DNA of 64,000 nt, taken from positions 1 through 64,000 of the IMG/VR virus record IMGVR_UViG_3300044678_002668, one strand, 5' to 3'. How positions within the stretch are numbered: the first letter of the stretch is position 1; each line of letters starts with the position of its first letter. The notes under the pieces were generated by a model, which saw nothing but the letters and a program-made list of their open reading frames with translations, did no database searches and was not told where the DNA came from. This document shows positions 52,844-62,700 of this stretch, one piece after another. The stretch is from a virus. The position numbers were made by a program, and so were the translations under genes.

Positions 52844-54796
52844 TTAATTCTCCAAGTGGTCAGTCAAATGCGATTTTACGAAGTCTCTAAATACGGGGGT
52901 TTGTAACATAACATATAACATGGCAGCTCGTTTTTTACCTTCTGCATTATATAGGCCATGTAAATATTGAGCAATCTTAGGCTGGTCTAATTGATTGGCT
53001 AAACGAGAAAGATAGTTGTAAATTCCAGCGTCAGTAAGAACACTAGCCATGGCACCAGGACTACGAAGAGCAGCACTGGTGGCTTGTTTACCAATAATGC
53101 CTTGTACAGAAGATCTTAAAAAGTCCGCTGCTTCTGCACTAATGGCAGTACCTTGAGTAATGAGACCTCGAGCACTAATACCTAAGTTACCTCTACCAGA
53201 TTGTCCAAGAGCTGCACGCTGTTGAGCAGTACCACCAAGATCGGCAAACAATAGGTCATCTTTTAAATCAGCTAAGTTTTTATTATATTTATTAACTAAA
53301 CCCTCATATTCTGGAATATATTTTTCTCTGCCTGTTTCTTTAAGACGCTCTTTCATTTCTTCAAGAACTTTTTTATCTCCTAAAAATTTATTTACTTTTC
53401 CAGAAGTAACTTTTTCATAATATTTTCTAATAGCTACTCCTGTTGGATTAACAGAAGAAGGATCGTTTAAGTCTGTTAATTTACCGATAAATAAAGCAAT
53501 ATCTTTTTCTAAGCTAGAAACATCTCCGTAATAAAGATTTTCAAGACCTGTTAAGTCTTTAAAAATAGCTATGTCATTTTTAATTTCAGAAATTTCATCT
53601 AATTTTTGAGAAAGTTTAGGATCAATTTGACGAAGTTTTGTAGAAATTTCAGATTCAATATTTTTTAAAATTTGACGACCTTGATTTCTAATTGGCTCAG
53701 AATAGCCAATAGAAGGAAGTCCCCGTTCTCCTCTAAGCTCTGCCATGGATGGGTTTCTAGTCATCATTAAATCTAAATCTTCAGTTATTTGACGAGCTTT
53801 GTCAATTGATAATTGTCTAGTGCCAGGAATTAAAAACCCATCTTTATTAACTGATAAAATGTTGTTTTTAGTTAAATACTTAGCAAGAGCTTCTGCTGGA
53901 TCAAATTCAGAACCAACAGTGTTAGCTTTCATTCTATTTAATAGTTCAATCCATCCAGTAGGATTGATATTAACAGGATCTGTTACGTTTTTAGAAGCTT
54001 CATTTACAAGTTTTTTATACGTAGTTCCTAAAACTTGTTCTGCATTCATTAAATCTTTAGCAGTACGTATAGCTGTTTCATGTAATTTTGATCCAGCTTT
54101 TTCACTAAAAGTTCTAGAACCTACTAATCCAAAATCAGAAAATTCTGGATTGTCTTTCACTTTACGTACAACGTCAATGGTTTCTCGAATGTCTTGAAGA
54201 GTTCGAGAATCATCTACTCGCTTTAAAAGGTTTTTAGCAATGGGCATTGCCACTTCCATAGTTTCGCCTAAAGCAGCACCTAAAGCACCACCAAAAGCTG
54301 CACTAGTAGCAGCATCTTTTAAACTCATATCTTCAGACTTAGTTCTTCCTAAATAGTCTAAAGCTCCAGCAGTGCCTCCTTGGGCAGCATATCCTGTAGC
54401 TCTCACAAGTCCTGAAGGAACCTTTGCTAGGTTAGCAGAAGTTTTAGCTAGTTTTGTAGCTTTTAATCCTAAGCTACCAATACCCGCTCCAGGAACAGAC
54501 ACTGCTCCTGCCACGGTACCTGCACCATAAGCTAACGGATTTTGAGCAGCTAGCCGTTGGTCTTCTAAATCGTATTCTTCTTGAAGCTCTTTATATTCTT
54601 TATCAGAAAAAGGAGCCACTACACCAGCTAGGAGTTCATCTCCCCAGTTAAACAAAGCACCTTGAGCAGCTCCAGCTCCAAAAGCTTTAGCTGTATCTGC
54701 AAATCCACCTGGCTCAGTAGTGTCCATTTCTGGTTTTACAGAGGGGCTTTGAGCAATAAGTGCTTCTAATTCTTCTGGAGTCCAAGCTGATGACAT
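52844..54796 (-). CDS. putative internal virion/DNA ejection protein
   Basis: GAAQGALFNWGDEL...NP.AY.AG...G motif, Gly/Ala-rich N-half. Confidence 0.65.
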   Translation of the reverse strand: MSSAWTPEELEALIAQSPSVKPEMDTTEPGGFADTAKAFGAGAAQGALFNWGDELLAGVVAPFSDKEYKELQEEYDLEDQRLAAQNPLAYGAGTVAGAVSVPGAGIGSLGLKATKLAKTSANLAKVPSGLVRATGYAAQGGTAGALDYLGRTKSEDMSLKDAATSAAFGGALGAALGETMEVAMPIAKNLLKRVDDSRTLQDIRETIDVVRKVKDNPEFSDFGLVGSRTFSEKAGSKLHETAIRTAKDLMNAEQVLGTTYKKLVNEASKNVTDPVNINPTGWIELLNRMKANTVGSEFDPAEALAKYLTKNNILSVNKDGFLIPGTRQLSIDKARQITEDLDLMMTRNPSMAELRGERGLPSIGYSEPIRNQGRQILKNIESEISTKLRQIDPKLSQKLDEISEIKNDIAIFKDLTGLENLYYGDVSSLEKDIALFIGKLTDLNDPSSVNPTGVAIRKYYEKVTSGKVNKFLGDKKVLEEMKERLKETGREKYIPEYEGLVNKYNKNLADLKDDLLFADLGGTAQQRAALGQSGRGNLGISARGLITQGTAISAEAADFLRSSVQGIIGKQATSAALRSPGAMASVLTDAGIYNYLSRLANQLDQPKIAQYLHGLYNAEGKKRAAMLYVMLQTPVFRDFVKSHLTDHLEN

Positions 54797-54798
54797 AA

Positions 54799-56343
54799 TT
54801 ATTTACCTTCTCGTTTTTTCAATTCTGCTGTAAGTTCACGAAGTTTAGCGAGTGTTTGAGGATCTGTTTGCCCAGATTTAACTTGCTCTTGAAATTTTTC
54901 AAATGCGGTTTCAAGTTGAGAAGTTGTAAATCTAGAAAAAGGACTGTCTGATTTGGGGCTCTGTCTTTCAAAATCCCAATAAGGAAAAGCTTGTTGTTCT
55001 AGTTTTTTAATCATTTCAGGATTATCTATTCCGTAAATTTCCATTTTAGTTTTAATTAAACTTTGTGTGGGTTTAATTACAGTGTTGTTAAACTCATCTC
55101 GTTTATATTCTGACATTTTTTCTAACTGTTTAACTAAGTTTCTAAATGTAGTGGAACCGATAGCTTTTGGATTATCTCCATATACCCTAGAAAGATTTGC
55201 TTCAACCCAATCAGAGAAAGTAGAGGCTCCTAAGAACATCTTGATTTCACCTTCTCTAACAGCAGAATCTTGATCTAATTGTTTAATAATATTATAGATT
55301 TCCATAATCTGCTGTGCAGAGTTTACTTTTTTAGGATTTTCAGCATATTCTCTTAGTTGTCTAATCTTCTCATCAAATCCTACAAGGCTTCTAGCTGTTT
55401 TACGTACATCTCTATCAGAAGATGCTTTATATAAAGTATCTGACAATTCAGCTTGTACTTTACGAAGAGATTCTTCTTGTTTTGTTTGTTTTTCTTGAGA
55501 TTTTTTAGCAGCTTCAGCTTTAGCTTTAATTTGAGGCTCAAGCATTGGATATAGTTTAGTGACTTGAGAATAGTTTAATTTATCAAAAGAAGCAGGAAGA
55601 CTCATTCCTAAATTATCAAACATGTCCTTAAGAGAGTCTCTTGCCACTTGGCTAATAGTGGACCCAGTATCATATTGGTCCATAGATTCCATGGTGGGAG
55701 TTATGGCTAGTTCTTGATTAATATTTTGTAAAGGAGTTTTGTATAGCTCTCCAATACCTGCCTGACCAACTACCCTAGCTTCAGTTGGAGTATAACCAGC
55801 ACCTGCAATGGCGCGGCTAATAGACTCTCCAGACTTCATAATAGACTCTAACTGTTGTCCTTTGCTAGCCTGTTCTTGAGCTTGTTTATAACGAGCCATT
55901 AAATCCTTTAGAGGATCTGTAGTTTGTGGCATAGCTGTAGCTACAGTGGTGCCAATCTTTTCTTCAGCTTCTGGCAAATCTACACTGGCAGGTTGTTTTA
56001 AAATTTCTTGAGTTGTAAGGTCAGCTTCAAATCGGTCAGCATAATCCTTAGCTAATTTAGAAAGCTTACCAAAGCTTTCTTTAATGGTGGGATCTGTAGC
56101 TTCTGAAGCCCTGGTTTCTGTAATGGAGGCAAACTCTCGTAACTTAGCGGGATCTTTAGTATTAGTTAAAAAGTCTCCCATTGTGGAAAAATCAGGAGCA
56201 TTTTCCTCAAATGTTTCATATTGAGCAGGATTAAACATTTTACGGGTTCCAGCTTCAATAGCTTCAACTTGGCGTTGTTGAAGCTGTCGAAACTTATCTT
56301 CCGCTGTAAGATCGTCTTGTCCAAAAAGAGGTTGTCTTGGCAT
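54799..56343 (-). CDS. putative internal virion/DNA ejection protein
   Basis: helical; K.LD.DSAVREGE motif. Confidence 0.6.
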   Translation of the reverse strand: MPRQPLFGQDDLTAEDKFRQLQQRQVEAIEAGTRKMFNPAQYETFEENAPDFSTMGDFLTNTKDPAKLREFASITETRASEATDPTIKESFGKLSKLAKDYADRFEADLTTQEILKQPASVDLPEAEEKIGTTVATAMPQTTDPLKDLMARYKQAQEQASKGQQLESIMKSGESISRAIAGAGYTPTEARVVGQAGIGELYKTPLQNINQELAITPTMESMDQYDTGSTISQVARDSLKDMFDNLGMSLPASFDKLNYSQVTKLYPMLEPQIKAKAEAAKKSQEKQTKQEESLRKVQAELSDTLYKASSDRDVRKTARSLVGFDEKIRQLREYAENPKKVNSAQQIMEIYNIIKQLDQDSAVREGEIKMFLGASTFSDWVEANLSRVYGDNPKAIGSTTFRNLVKQLEKMSEYKRDEFNNTVIKPTQSLIKTKMEIYGIDNPEMIKKLEQQAFPYWDFERQSPKSDSPFSRFTTSQLETAFEKFQEQVKSGQTDPQTLAKLRELTAELKKREGK

Positions 56344-56355
56344 GTTAACTAATCC

Positions 56356-57375
56356 TTAATCTTCAGGAAAATTTTGAAAAGCAAAGTACTCATCTTTTTG
56401 TTTTTGAGTATTTGCAGAAGGTTTTCCAGCCCCAAATGCAGCGGCAATAGAACCAACACCAGAGCCAAGAGTTCCCCACATATTAGCCGTGGCATTAGCT
56501 TGCTGTTGGGCGGCTTGGGCTTGACCTGTCATAGCACCTGCTCTAGCTGATCCTAACCCAAGACGATTTTGGAACTGTTGTTGTAATAATCCTCTATTAT
56601 ATTGCTGTTGTTGATTACGAAGAGCTACGTTTTGATCTGCAAAAGATTGACGAGCAGCTAAATTAGCAGCTTCTACTTGTCGGGCTCTATCTATATTTCT
56701 TTGAGCAGCATTTAATCTATTTGCTAGATTAAATCTTTCTACAGCGTCTTTAGATTGAGCAATATTAGACTGTTCATTAAACTCTTGACCCCTTAGTGAT
56801 CCAGCTAACTCTCCACCTTTTGACATAGCATTTAGTCTATTTTGAAAAGCTTGTGCCCTTAAATCATCCATAGAAGCAGCTAAAGCATTTCCAGCCTGTT
56901 GAGAAGAACCTAAACGAGCAGCGGCTTCAATACCGCTTCCACCAGCTCCACGAGCTGCCATATTTTGAAGGATGGAAGCTTGACGAGCCGCTTCAGCAGC
57001 TTGAGCTTGTTGAGCCATACGAGCAGCCATAATTTGATCTGCTTCAGTAAGTCCTGTTTTGGAAATTTCTCCAAGCATATCTAAATAAGAACGTTGTTGC
57101 TGTTTTAAACGTGGATCAATTTGAAGAGCTTCCATGGCGGAAGCTTGTAATTGTTCTGGGGTTTGTTCCATTAAGCTTGAAAGAAGACCTTGAAGTTGAT
57201 ATTCTTCTAAAGCTAGCTTTTGATCCTCAATATTAGGTATTTCAAAATTAAACTGACCAGCGGCACGATTAATTAAATCCCTTGAACGAGCCCTGTCACC
57301 TTCAGAAAGAAGGTTTCCAGCAATGCCTCCAACGGCCTGAGCACCTAAAATAGCAGCTAATGTCATTGGGTCCAT
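56356..57375 (-). CDS. putative DNA pilot/ejection protein
   Basis: MDPMT start, Q/A-rich, AARGAGGSG. Confidence 0.7.
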   Translation of the reverse strand: MDPMTLAAILGAQAVGGIAGNLLSEGDRARSRDLINRAAGQFNFEIPNIEDQKLALEEYQLQGLLSSLMEQTPEQLQASAMEALQIDPRLKQQQRSYLDMLGEISKTGLTEADQIMAARMAQQAQAAEAARQASILQNMAARGAGGSGIEAAARLGSSQQAGNALAASMDDLRAQAFQNRLNAMSKGGELAGSLRGQEFNEQSNIAQSKDAVERFNLANRLNAAQRNIDRARQVEAANLAARQSFADQNVALRNQQQQYNRGLLQQQFQNRLGLGSARAGAMTGQAQAAQQQANATANMWGTLGSGVGSIAAAFGAGKPSANTQKQKDEYFAFQNFPED

Positions 57376-57381
57376 TTTATA

Positions 57382-59301
57382 TTATCCTTTTCGTAGTCTA
57401 TCAAGAGCACTTAAAATTTGAGGAGAAGCATAATTTAAAGCTTGTCCGGCAGTGTTAAGACCAGCTACTGATCCAGCACCACCAGCAAGAACTGCTCCTG
57501 GTCCTAAAGTTAACATTGCGGCGGTTAAAAACGGGTTCTTAGCCGTATCATCAATTACCCCAGAAGCTAAGTTTAAAGATTCTCTAAAAGGTTGAGAAAT
57601 AGGTCCTAAACGAACTAAGGCTTCATCTTTAGCTAAGTTGCCTACAGATCTACCCACTTCTCTAACTGGAGCGGCAGCTAATTCATTTAATTGTTCAAAA
57701 AAAGTAGAACCGCTTCTACGTCCATAAGCTGGACCGCCAATGTCCTGACCTACGAATTGACCTTCTTTTTTAAGTAAAGATTCTCCTGTGGCTGTTTGAC
57801 CTCGTTGTAAATAAGGTCTCATTTGTTCGATGAGGTTTTGAGCCCTACCCCATCCAATACCCATCTGTTCAGCTAAATCATTAATACGAATATCATCAAA
57901 GCTTCCAGCTTCGGCAGCTCTACGAAAAGCTGCTCGTAGATCCGCTTCATCTTGATTACCAGCAATGTAAGCTTGACGTTGTTCAGGAGTCATAGACTCA
58001 AAGTCACGATTAAAATAACCAGCCACATCAGCTCTATTATTATAAGCTCCAAGAAGCTCATTCATAGCCGCTTCATATTCTGAAGCACGTTGAGCGGTAG
58101 TTTTTTCCGATTCCATAATACGAGTTCTTAAATTTTCTAGAACATTTTTATCTAGACCAATTGCCATATCAGCTTGAGCTTTATCTAAATATTCTCTGCC
58201 AGCAAGCTCATCTTCTAATCCATATAAAGATTTAAGCCTTTTCCTTTGATCCGCTGTCATAGCTTCTTCAGCGGTTCTAGGACCTAATCCAGTGGCGGCT
58301 TTACGAAGAGTGGAAATAAGCTCTGCTTGACCGATATCAGTAATGTCTGCTTTATCTAAATCAATTCCAGCACCACTGAGAAGATTACGAATTTGCATAG
58401 CGGCAGAAGGGGGGAGTCCAGCTCCTTTTCCACCACCAGCTAATACATCTTCAACAGACCCTTCAGGAGAGAGTTTTTGAAAAGTTTGTACTGGCTGTCC
58501 AGTTAATTGAGTTAAAAGGTCTTCTTTTCCTAAGAAGTCTTTAAGAGCTTTTACTTGTTCATTGTATCCTTCAGCGGCTTCTTTAGCTCCAGTTTCAAGG
58601 CCAGTGATGGCTTGTGTACGAGCTTTTAGGATATTTTCACGAGCTGTTTTAGCTTGTTCTGCTAAAGCTTTGTTTGAAGCTTCAATAGACTGAGCTTGTT
58701 TTTGAGCCTCTCTATCAAGGCTAAAACCCTGTCTAGCCGCTTCATTAGCCGCTGTTTGTAGGTTTACACTACGAGCCAACAAACTGCTATCCAAAGCTCC
58801 TAAAGCCCCAGCACGAGGCTGGGAAGTAAGAGACCTACCAGCAGCCCTAGCAATGGCTTGCTGCCTTGCCATGGGGTCAAAACCAATGTTACGAGTCTCT
58901 TCTACAGCGGAACCAAGAGTTCCTTGCATAGCTTGAATACCACCCGTATCAGCGGTTTGAGCTTTGCCAGAACTGAGGTTTTTATATAATTCTTTATTTA
59001 CGTCTGTAGGAGCGTTTTGTAAAGTTCCAATAAGACCTTGAGCTTGTCCTAAACGCTGAGTTTCCGCTTGGGTTTGAGCCCCAGCGGCTTGCACAGCTCC
59101 TTGAAGTTGTCCTTGAGCCCCTTGTACTTGTTGCTGTAAGCCCTGTTGAATTTGAGAGCCAATAGCTTGAACAGGCTGTACGTTCTGTTGTACAGTCTTT
59201 TCAAGACCTTGGTAGCCAGACCCTTGCTTTTTCTTTTTCCCTGATAAATCAAGGGGTTGCAAGGGTTGTACTTGTGTGGATGGAGGCTTCATCATGTTCA
59301 T
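57382..59301 (-). CDS. putative internal virion protein
   Basis: Q/A/G-rich helical, 639 aa. Confidence 0.6.
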   Translation of the reverse strand: MNMMKPPSTQVQPLQPLDLSGKKKKQGSGYQGLEKTVQQNVQPVQAIGSQIQQGLQQQVQGAQGQLQGAVQAAGAQTQAETQRLGQAQGLIGTLQNAPTDVNKELYKNLSSGKAQTADTGGIQAMQGTLGSAVEETRNIGFDPMARQQAIARAAGRSLTSQPRAGALGALDSSLLARSVNLQTAANEAARQGFSLDREAQKQAQSIEASNKALAEQAKTARENILKARTQAITGLETGAKEAAEGYNEQVKALKDFLGKEDLLTQLTGQPVQTFQKLSPEGSVEDVLAGGGKGAGLPPSAAMQIRNLLSGAGIDLDKADITDIGQAELISTLRKAATGLGPRTAEEAMTADQRKRLKSLYGLEDELAGREYLDKAQADMAIGLDKNVLENLRTRIMESEKTTAQRASEYEAAMNELLGAYNNRADVAGYFNRDFESMTPEQRQAYIAGNQDEADLRAAFRRAAEAGSFDDIRINDLAEQMGIGWGRAQNLIEQMRPYLQRGQTATGESLLKKEGQFVGQDIGGPAYGRRSGSTFFEQLNELAAAPVREVGRSVGNLAKDEALVRLGPISQPFRESLNLASGVIDDTAKNPFLTAAMLTLGPGAVLAGGAGSVAGLNTAGQALNYASPQILSALDRLRKG

Positions 59302-59312
59302 AACTACTCTAA

Positions 59313-59323
59313 ATTATTTGTTA
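59313..59323 (-). promoter_or_regulatory. putative late promoter TAACAAATAAT
   Basis: identical 11-mer 11 nt before ATG 59301. Confidence 0.6.
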
Positions 59324-59761
59324 ATTCGTAAATATTAGGATGTTTAACTGATAGCGTTTGTTAGCCACTAAGCCAGAAACATTCTGAATATTTAAAAGAT
59401 TGTTTTGATCCACTGAAAAAGTAATGTAAGGGGTAGACGTTACAAACAAGCTACTATCGTCTATACACGTCGCTTTAACTACAAGGCTACCAAATATAGT
59501 ACCAGTGCTTGGATTCTTAATACGGGCCGTTAAACGCGAATCAGACCCATCCACAAGAGGAGTACCATTAGCGTCTACTTTTACAATGAAGTTTGTTAGC
59601 AAACCCCATTTAAAATTACTTAAACTTAGCTCTCCTTGTAAAGTTTGCCAAAACTCTTCAAGAGCTGGATTAATTACGTCTGCCATTTTTTCCACAGTTG
59701 GACGGATTTCTTCATCAAAATCCGAAGCTACAATGCGAGCGGGTTTTTGAATATTAGCCAC
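59321..59761 (-). CDS. putative virion structural protein
   Basis: GTG 59761 overlapping upstream stop. Confidence 0.6.
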   Translation of the reverse strand: MANIQKPARIVASDFDEEIRPTVEKMADVINPALEEFWQTLQGELSLSNFKWGLLTNFIVKVDANGTPLVDGSDSRLTARIKNPSTGTIFGSLVVKATCIDDSSLFVTSTPYITFSVDQNNLLNIQNVSGLVANKRYQLNILIFTN

Positions 59762-62700
59762 GATATGCCCTTTCGCTTGCGCTACTTGGTACAACGCTTA
59801 CTCCAAGAAGAGAAAAAGTATGACGAGCCACGTTATGTTTAAGTCTAAAGAACCAGTAACGGCCTCTTTGTTTTTCTCTTGGAAGATAAGTTCTAAACGG
59901 ATAAGAAGGTCCTGACCCACCATATACACTTTCACCCCAATTAAAATTACCCCAAGTTCCAGAACCTTGCATTGTAAAGTTTACGAAATCATACGAAGCG
60001 TCTAGATCAGTGGCATAGCCCATAGAGGCGTTTTTAAACGTGGTGTTTTCAAAAAGAGTAGTGGTTTCACGTACCTGTTTCATCATGCTAGGATCTCCTA
60101 AAGAGATGGGAGCATAAATTAAATCAGATTCAATGGCTTTTACATGTAATGAAGGTCCCACTACAAAAGGAGGAGTGTCATCAATTTTTACAATACGAAC
60201 ATTAGAAAGTACTTCTGTAATGTTAGTTTCATAAAGTTTTGTTCCAACACTATGTTTATAGTCTGAAAAAGAAGGCACTAAGCTTAAATTTAAGCTATCA
60301 ATAAAAGCATTATATTGTGTTTGAAACGTAGCTGGATTAGGATCTGAAGGAGCTACAAACGCAGTGGATAAATCTGCATTTAATTGAGTTACTAGTGCGC
60401 TCATCAAAGTAGTTAAATTAGATCCAGGCAATACTGAAAAGTTTTGATAAAAGCTAACACTGCCGCTTGGAATAGAAGCATCTAAAGCTAGTTTAAGAGA
60501 AAGGTTTTTAATGTCTGCTAAAGTTACATATTGAGTTTGTAATAGAGCGTCTCCTGCTTTTACTAAAGCAATAGATGGTAAAAGAAGTTCTTTATCTGCA
60601 TATATATAAAAGTTTGTAGTAAATTCAGTGTTAAACTCTCTGTCTGCATAATCTGTTCTATCAAAATTCTTACGTTCTTCTTCTACAACAGCTAAATCAG
60701 CTACGCCCAAGTATAATTTATTGCTTGAAAGAGATACCAATCCAGATGTAGCGGGCTTATTCCAGTTAGTCCAAGACTGTGTAAAAAGATTATATCTGTA
60801 ACACTGGGAAGCAGAGGTGTCGTCAGAAGATGATGGGACATATAAGATAAGGGCTCGATCTGTTTCATAAGAAATACCAAAAGTTAAGAATTTAAAATCA
60901 GAGTTATTTAAAAGAGGGAAAAGTTTATTTTCAATAGAACGAGAAATTACTTGTACTCCGCTGTCACTCACAGCTACAATACCTTGGTTTGAAAACATAT
61001 AAACCAAGTTACTTAATACTACGGCACTGTCTGGAGCTAAAATAAAATTAGTTAAATCAAGTGGATATGTAGTAAAATTAGGAGCTTGAGTCCCAGTTAC
61101 TCGGAATACTCCGTCTTCTTTTAATACAAGCAGACTATCTCGAAGAGCTAAAATGCGCTCAATGGCTTTATTTTTAGCTCCTAAATCTACATAATTTAAA
61201 AGAGGAAAAGCTTCTGGCTGTTGGTATTTAGAAAAATATAGCCTGTTTGGATTTGTAGAAGCCGCAGAAAATACTGTGGCTTTATACCATAAAACTCTTC
61301 CAGCAGTTTCTGCTCCAGGTAATTCCACAGTGAAAATCGTAGAAGTTGGAGCAGTTAATACTTCATATACTCCGCTATAAGTAGGAAGCTCTAATCCTAC
61401 TTCATCTCCTACAAGTAGTCCATGAGCCACATCTGTAGTTACGGTGATGATGGTGGCGCCATTGCAAGACCCTCCCAACACTTCAGGAAGAGTTGGTTCA
61501 AAATCATCTCTACCAGCAGTACCAACAGTATCTCTAAAGCCTAAAAAGATTTCGTTATCTTCTAACGTATTGGCTGTAAATGTAATACGAGGAGTAAAGT
61601 CTTGAGTTCCAGAAGTATAAAAGAGTTTGACAAAAGTATTGTCAGGATCTGTGTTTGCCACTTTAATTAAGCTTCTAGCTGTTTCGTCAATCTTATCAGA
61701 AACTGTAATAAAATCTGAACGTTTTACTAAAAGTTTATCTTCTACAAGAACTTCTCCAAAAGCCCTACTTAAAAGGGATGCAGAAAAAGCTCCAGTTGAA
61801 CTAGTATCAACATATAAATCTTGGTTTACTGCTGAAGAGGGGAGTCCCCACCAACCAGAAGTGGCATTTTCCGCTGTTATGCGGTTTGAATGGATTGTAT
61901 GTACCCCAGTACCAATAGAAGTAAAATTAACTAAAGTGGTGAGTCCAGAATCTCTATATAGCTTAAATTCATTAGCATTTAATACGTTAACATAATAGCC
62001 ACTAGATCCCATAATTACGGAAGTAATGGGACCTGTTCCAGAGCTGGTAATGTATATTTGATCTCCAGTAGATAAACCATGAGAAGTAATTAAAATGCTG
62101 TCGTTTAATAGATCTAAATCATCGGGTTCAAAAGAAAGCTCATAAGCTTTTAGATTTTTCCAGTCTCCAAAAGCAGTTAAAGCCTCCACTAAATTAGCGG
62201 CAACTTGAGCTTTATTTGATTTTTTAAATAAAGTTCCTGCTCCAGTTAAAGATAGAGCCGCACCATTATAAGTTGGAGTTACAGAAAAAGTAGTATCAGT
62301 AAGCTTTAGTACATAGAGCTGATCTCCAGCTACTGCACCAGTAACTCCCAGAGTTCCTAAAGCAATTAAATCTCCAGTAGAAAGTCCATGATTGGTAGTG
62401 GTGGTGGCCACTGTTCCTAATACAGAGCTAACTGTAACTTCAGAAGAAGTTTGCACTATGTTTACAGGAATTCTTTGAGCAGTTTCTGGAAACGTAATTG
62501 TAGATAGAGGAGGAGCAGTTTCATTGTCGGAAGTATAGAAATAATACTTTCTTTGTCCATCATACGAATTTAGATAAAACAGTTTATCTTCAAAAGAAGA
62601 TAGAGTATCTAAAGTGGAATCTGTAACTTTAAGAGTAAACTTACCAGTTGAGCCACCAATATAATATTTTAAATATCCCAAAGCTCCTTCTTTTTGAAGA

